DNA of 64,000 nucleotides from Selaginella moellendorffii (taxonomy: Eukaryota > Plantae > Lycopodiophyta): contig NW_003314283.1 of NCBI RefSeq assembly GCF_000143415.4, forward strand, positions 799,955 to 863,954, in the 5' to 3' direction. This document shows, one piece after another, positions 63,570-64,000 of the stretch. A model generated the notes under the pieces. It had not been told where the DNA came from and searched no databases. It saw only the letters and a list, made by a program, of their open reading frames with translations. Numbering within the stretch: the first letter of the stretch is position 1; each line of letters starts with the position of its first letter. Both the position numbers and the translations under genes were made by a program.

Positions 63570-64000
63570 ATGGTTGAAAGCGTTATTGGACGAGAGAAAG
63601 GTCGTCCAAAGCGCCCCAGGTATGATCCAGATGGGATGGAGTGGCTATACGAAGACGAGAAATTCGATGTGGATGATCCACAGGATGTTCAGAATGCGTG
63701 CTATGGTATTCGGACCTTTAGCGGAGAGAGATTGGAAGATATGTTGATGAATGCTAGGAGGTTGATTGCACGGCGATGCTTCGAGGAGAAGGTGTTCCGT
63801 CTGGTTGAGCCCGAGAGCGACAGCGACTTAAGTTGGATTGAGCCAGAGGCTGTTGCGATGCGGGACAGTTTCCAGGATCTCGTGGCCCGTGTGTTCTTCC
63901 AGGGGACTCTGGTGGGAGGAGGCGCTTTGATTCATCCCGATGGCTCGATTCTCACATCGATTTCCTGTCTTCCCAAGCCCCGTGGGGATCCAGACCACGT
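63570..64000 (+). CDS. Partial ORF, possibly trypsin-like fold, runs off the window
   Basis: Open from MVESVIGREK... to ...VGGGALIHPDGSILTSISCLP, which resembles the G.G.lI.pdG.ILT.aHC strand of trypsin-like peptidases. Confidence 0.45.
   Translation, partial: MVESVIGREKGRPKRPRYDPDGMEWLYEDEKFDVDDPQDVQNACYGIRTFSGERLEDMLMNARRLIARRCFEEKVFRLVEPESDSDLSWIEPEAVAMRDSFQDLVARVFFQGTLVGGGALIHPDGSILTSISCLPKPRGDPDH

Overview
Eukaryotic plant genomic DNA, most likely a lycophyte such as Selaginella. This is an inference from ~50-60 nt introns, very short intergenic gaps, the style of the PPR genes and a CVNH lectin. 1-19.6 kb is a ~9 kb tandem duplication. Each unit has a head-to-head pair of (i) a secreted repetitive peptide precursor with 8-9 Tyr-ending tetrapeptide cores (ILLY, FFLY, FVFY, FFFY) and (ii) a stand-alone BURP-domain protein with all four Cys-His motifs. 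Together these look like a 'split' burpitide (cyclopeptide alkaloid RiPP) biosynthetic cassette. Around each pair lie BURP pseudogenes, relic precursors with Trp-containing cores, a TBC/RabGAP gene and a PPR gene. Next come a decayed serine carboxypeptidase-like gene and an intact spliced cyanovirin-N-homolog gene. 23-48 kb is a nest of Ty3/gypsy elements. It includes a full-length chromodomain element (TSD AATAA) whose integrase appears to be interrupted by GT-AG introns shared with a second copy. 50-64 kb is gene-dense: PTAC16, fibrillin FBN10/PAP12, a CCCH+PUF protein, a SMIM4-like protein, an intronless ATG1, a small spliced knottin-type peptide gene not reconstructed by the ORF track, Copia and sugar-transporter remnants, and a partial trypsin-like ORF. 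All gene models were derived by eye; no database searches were run.
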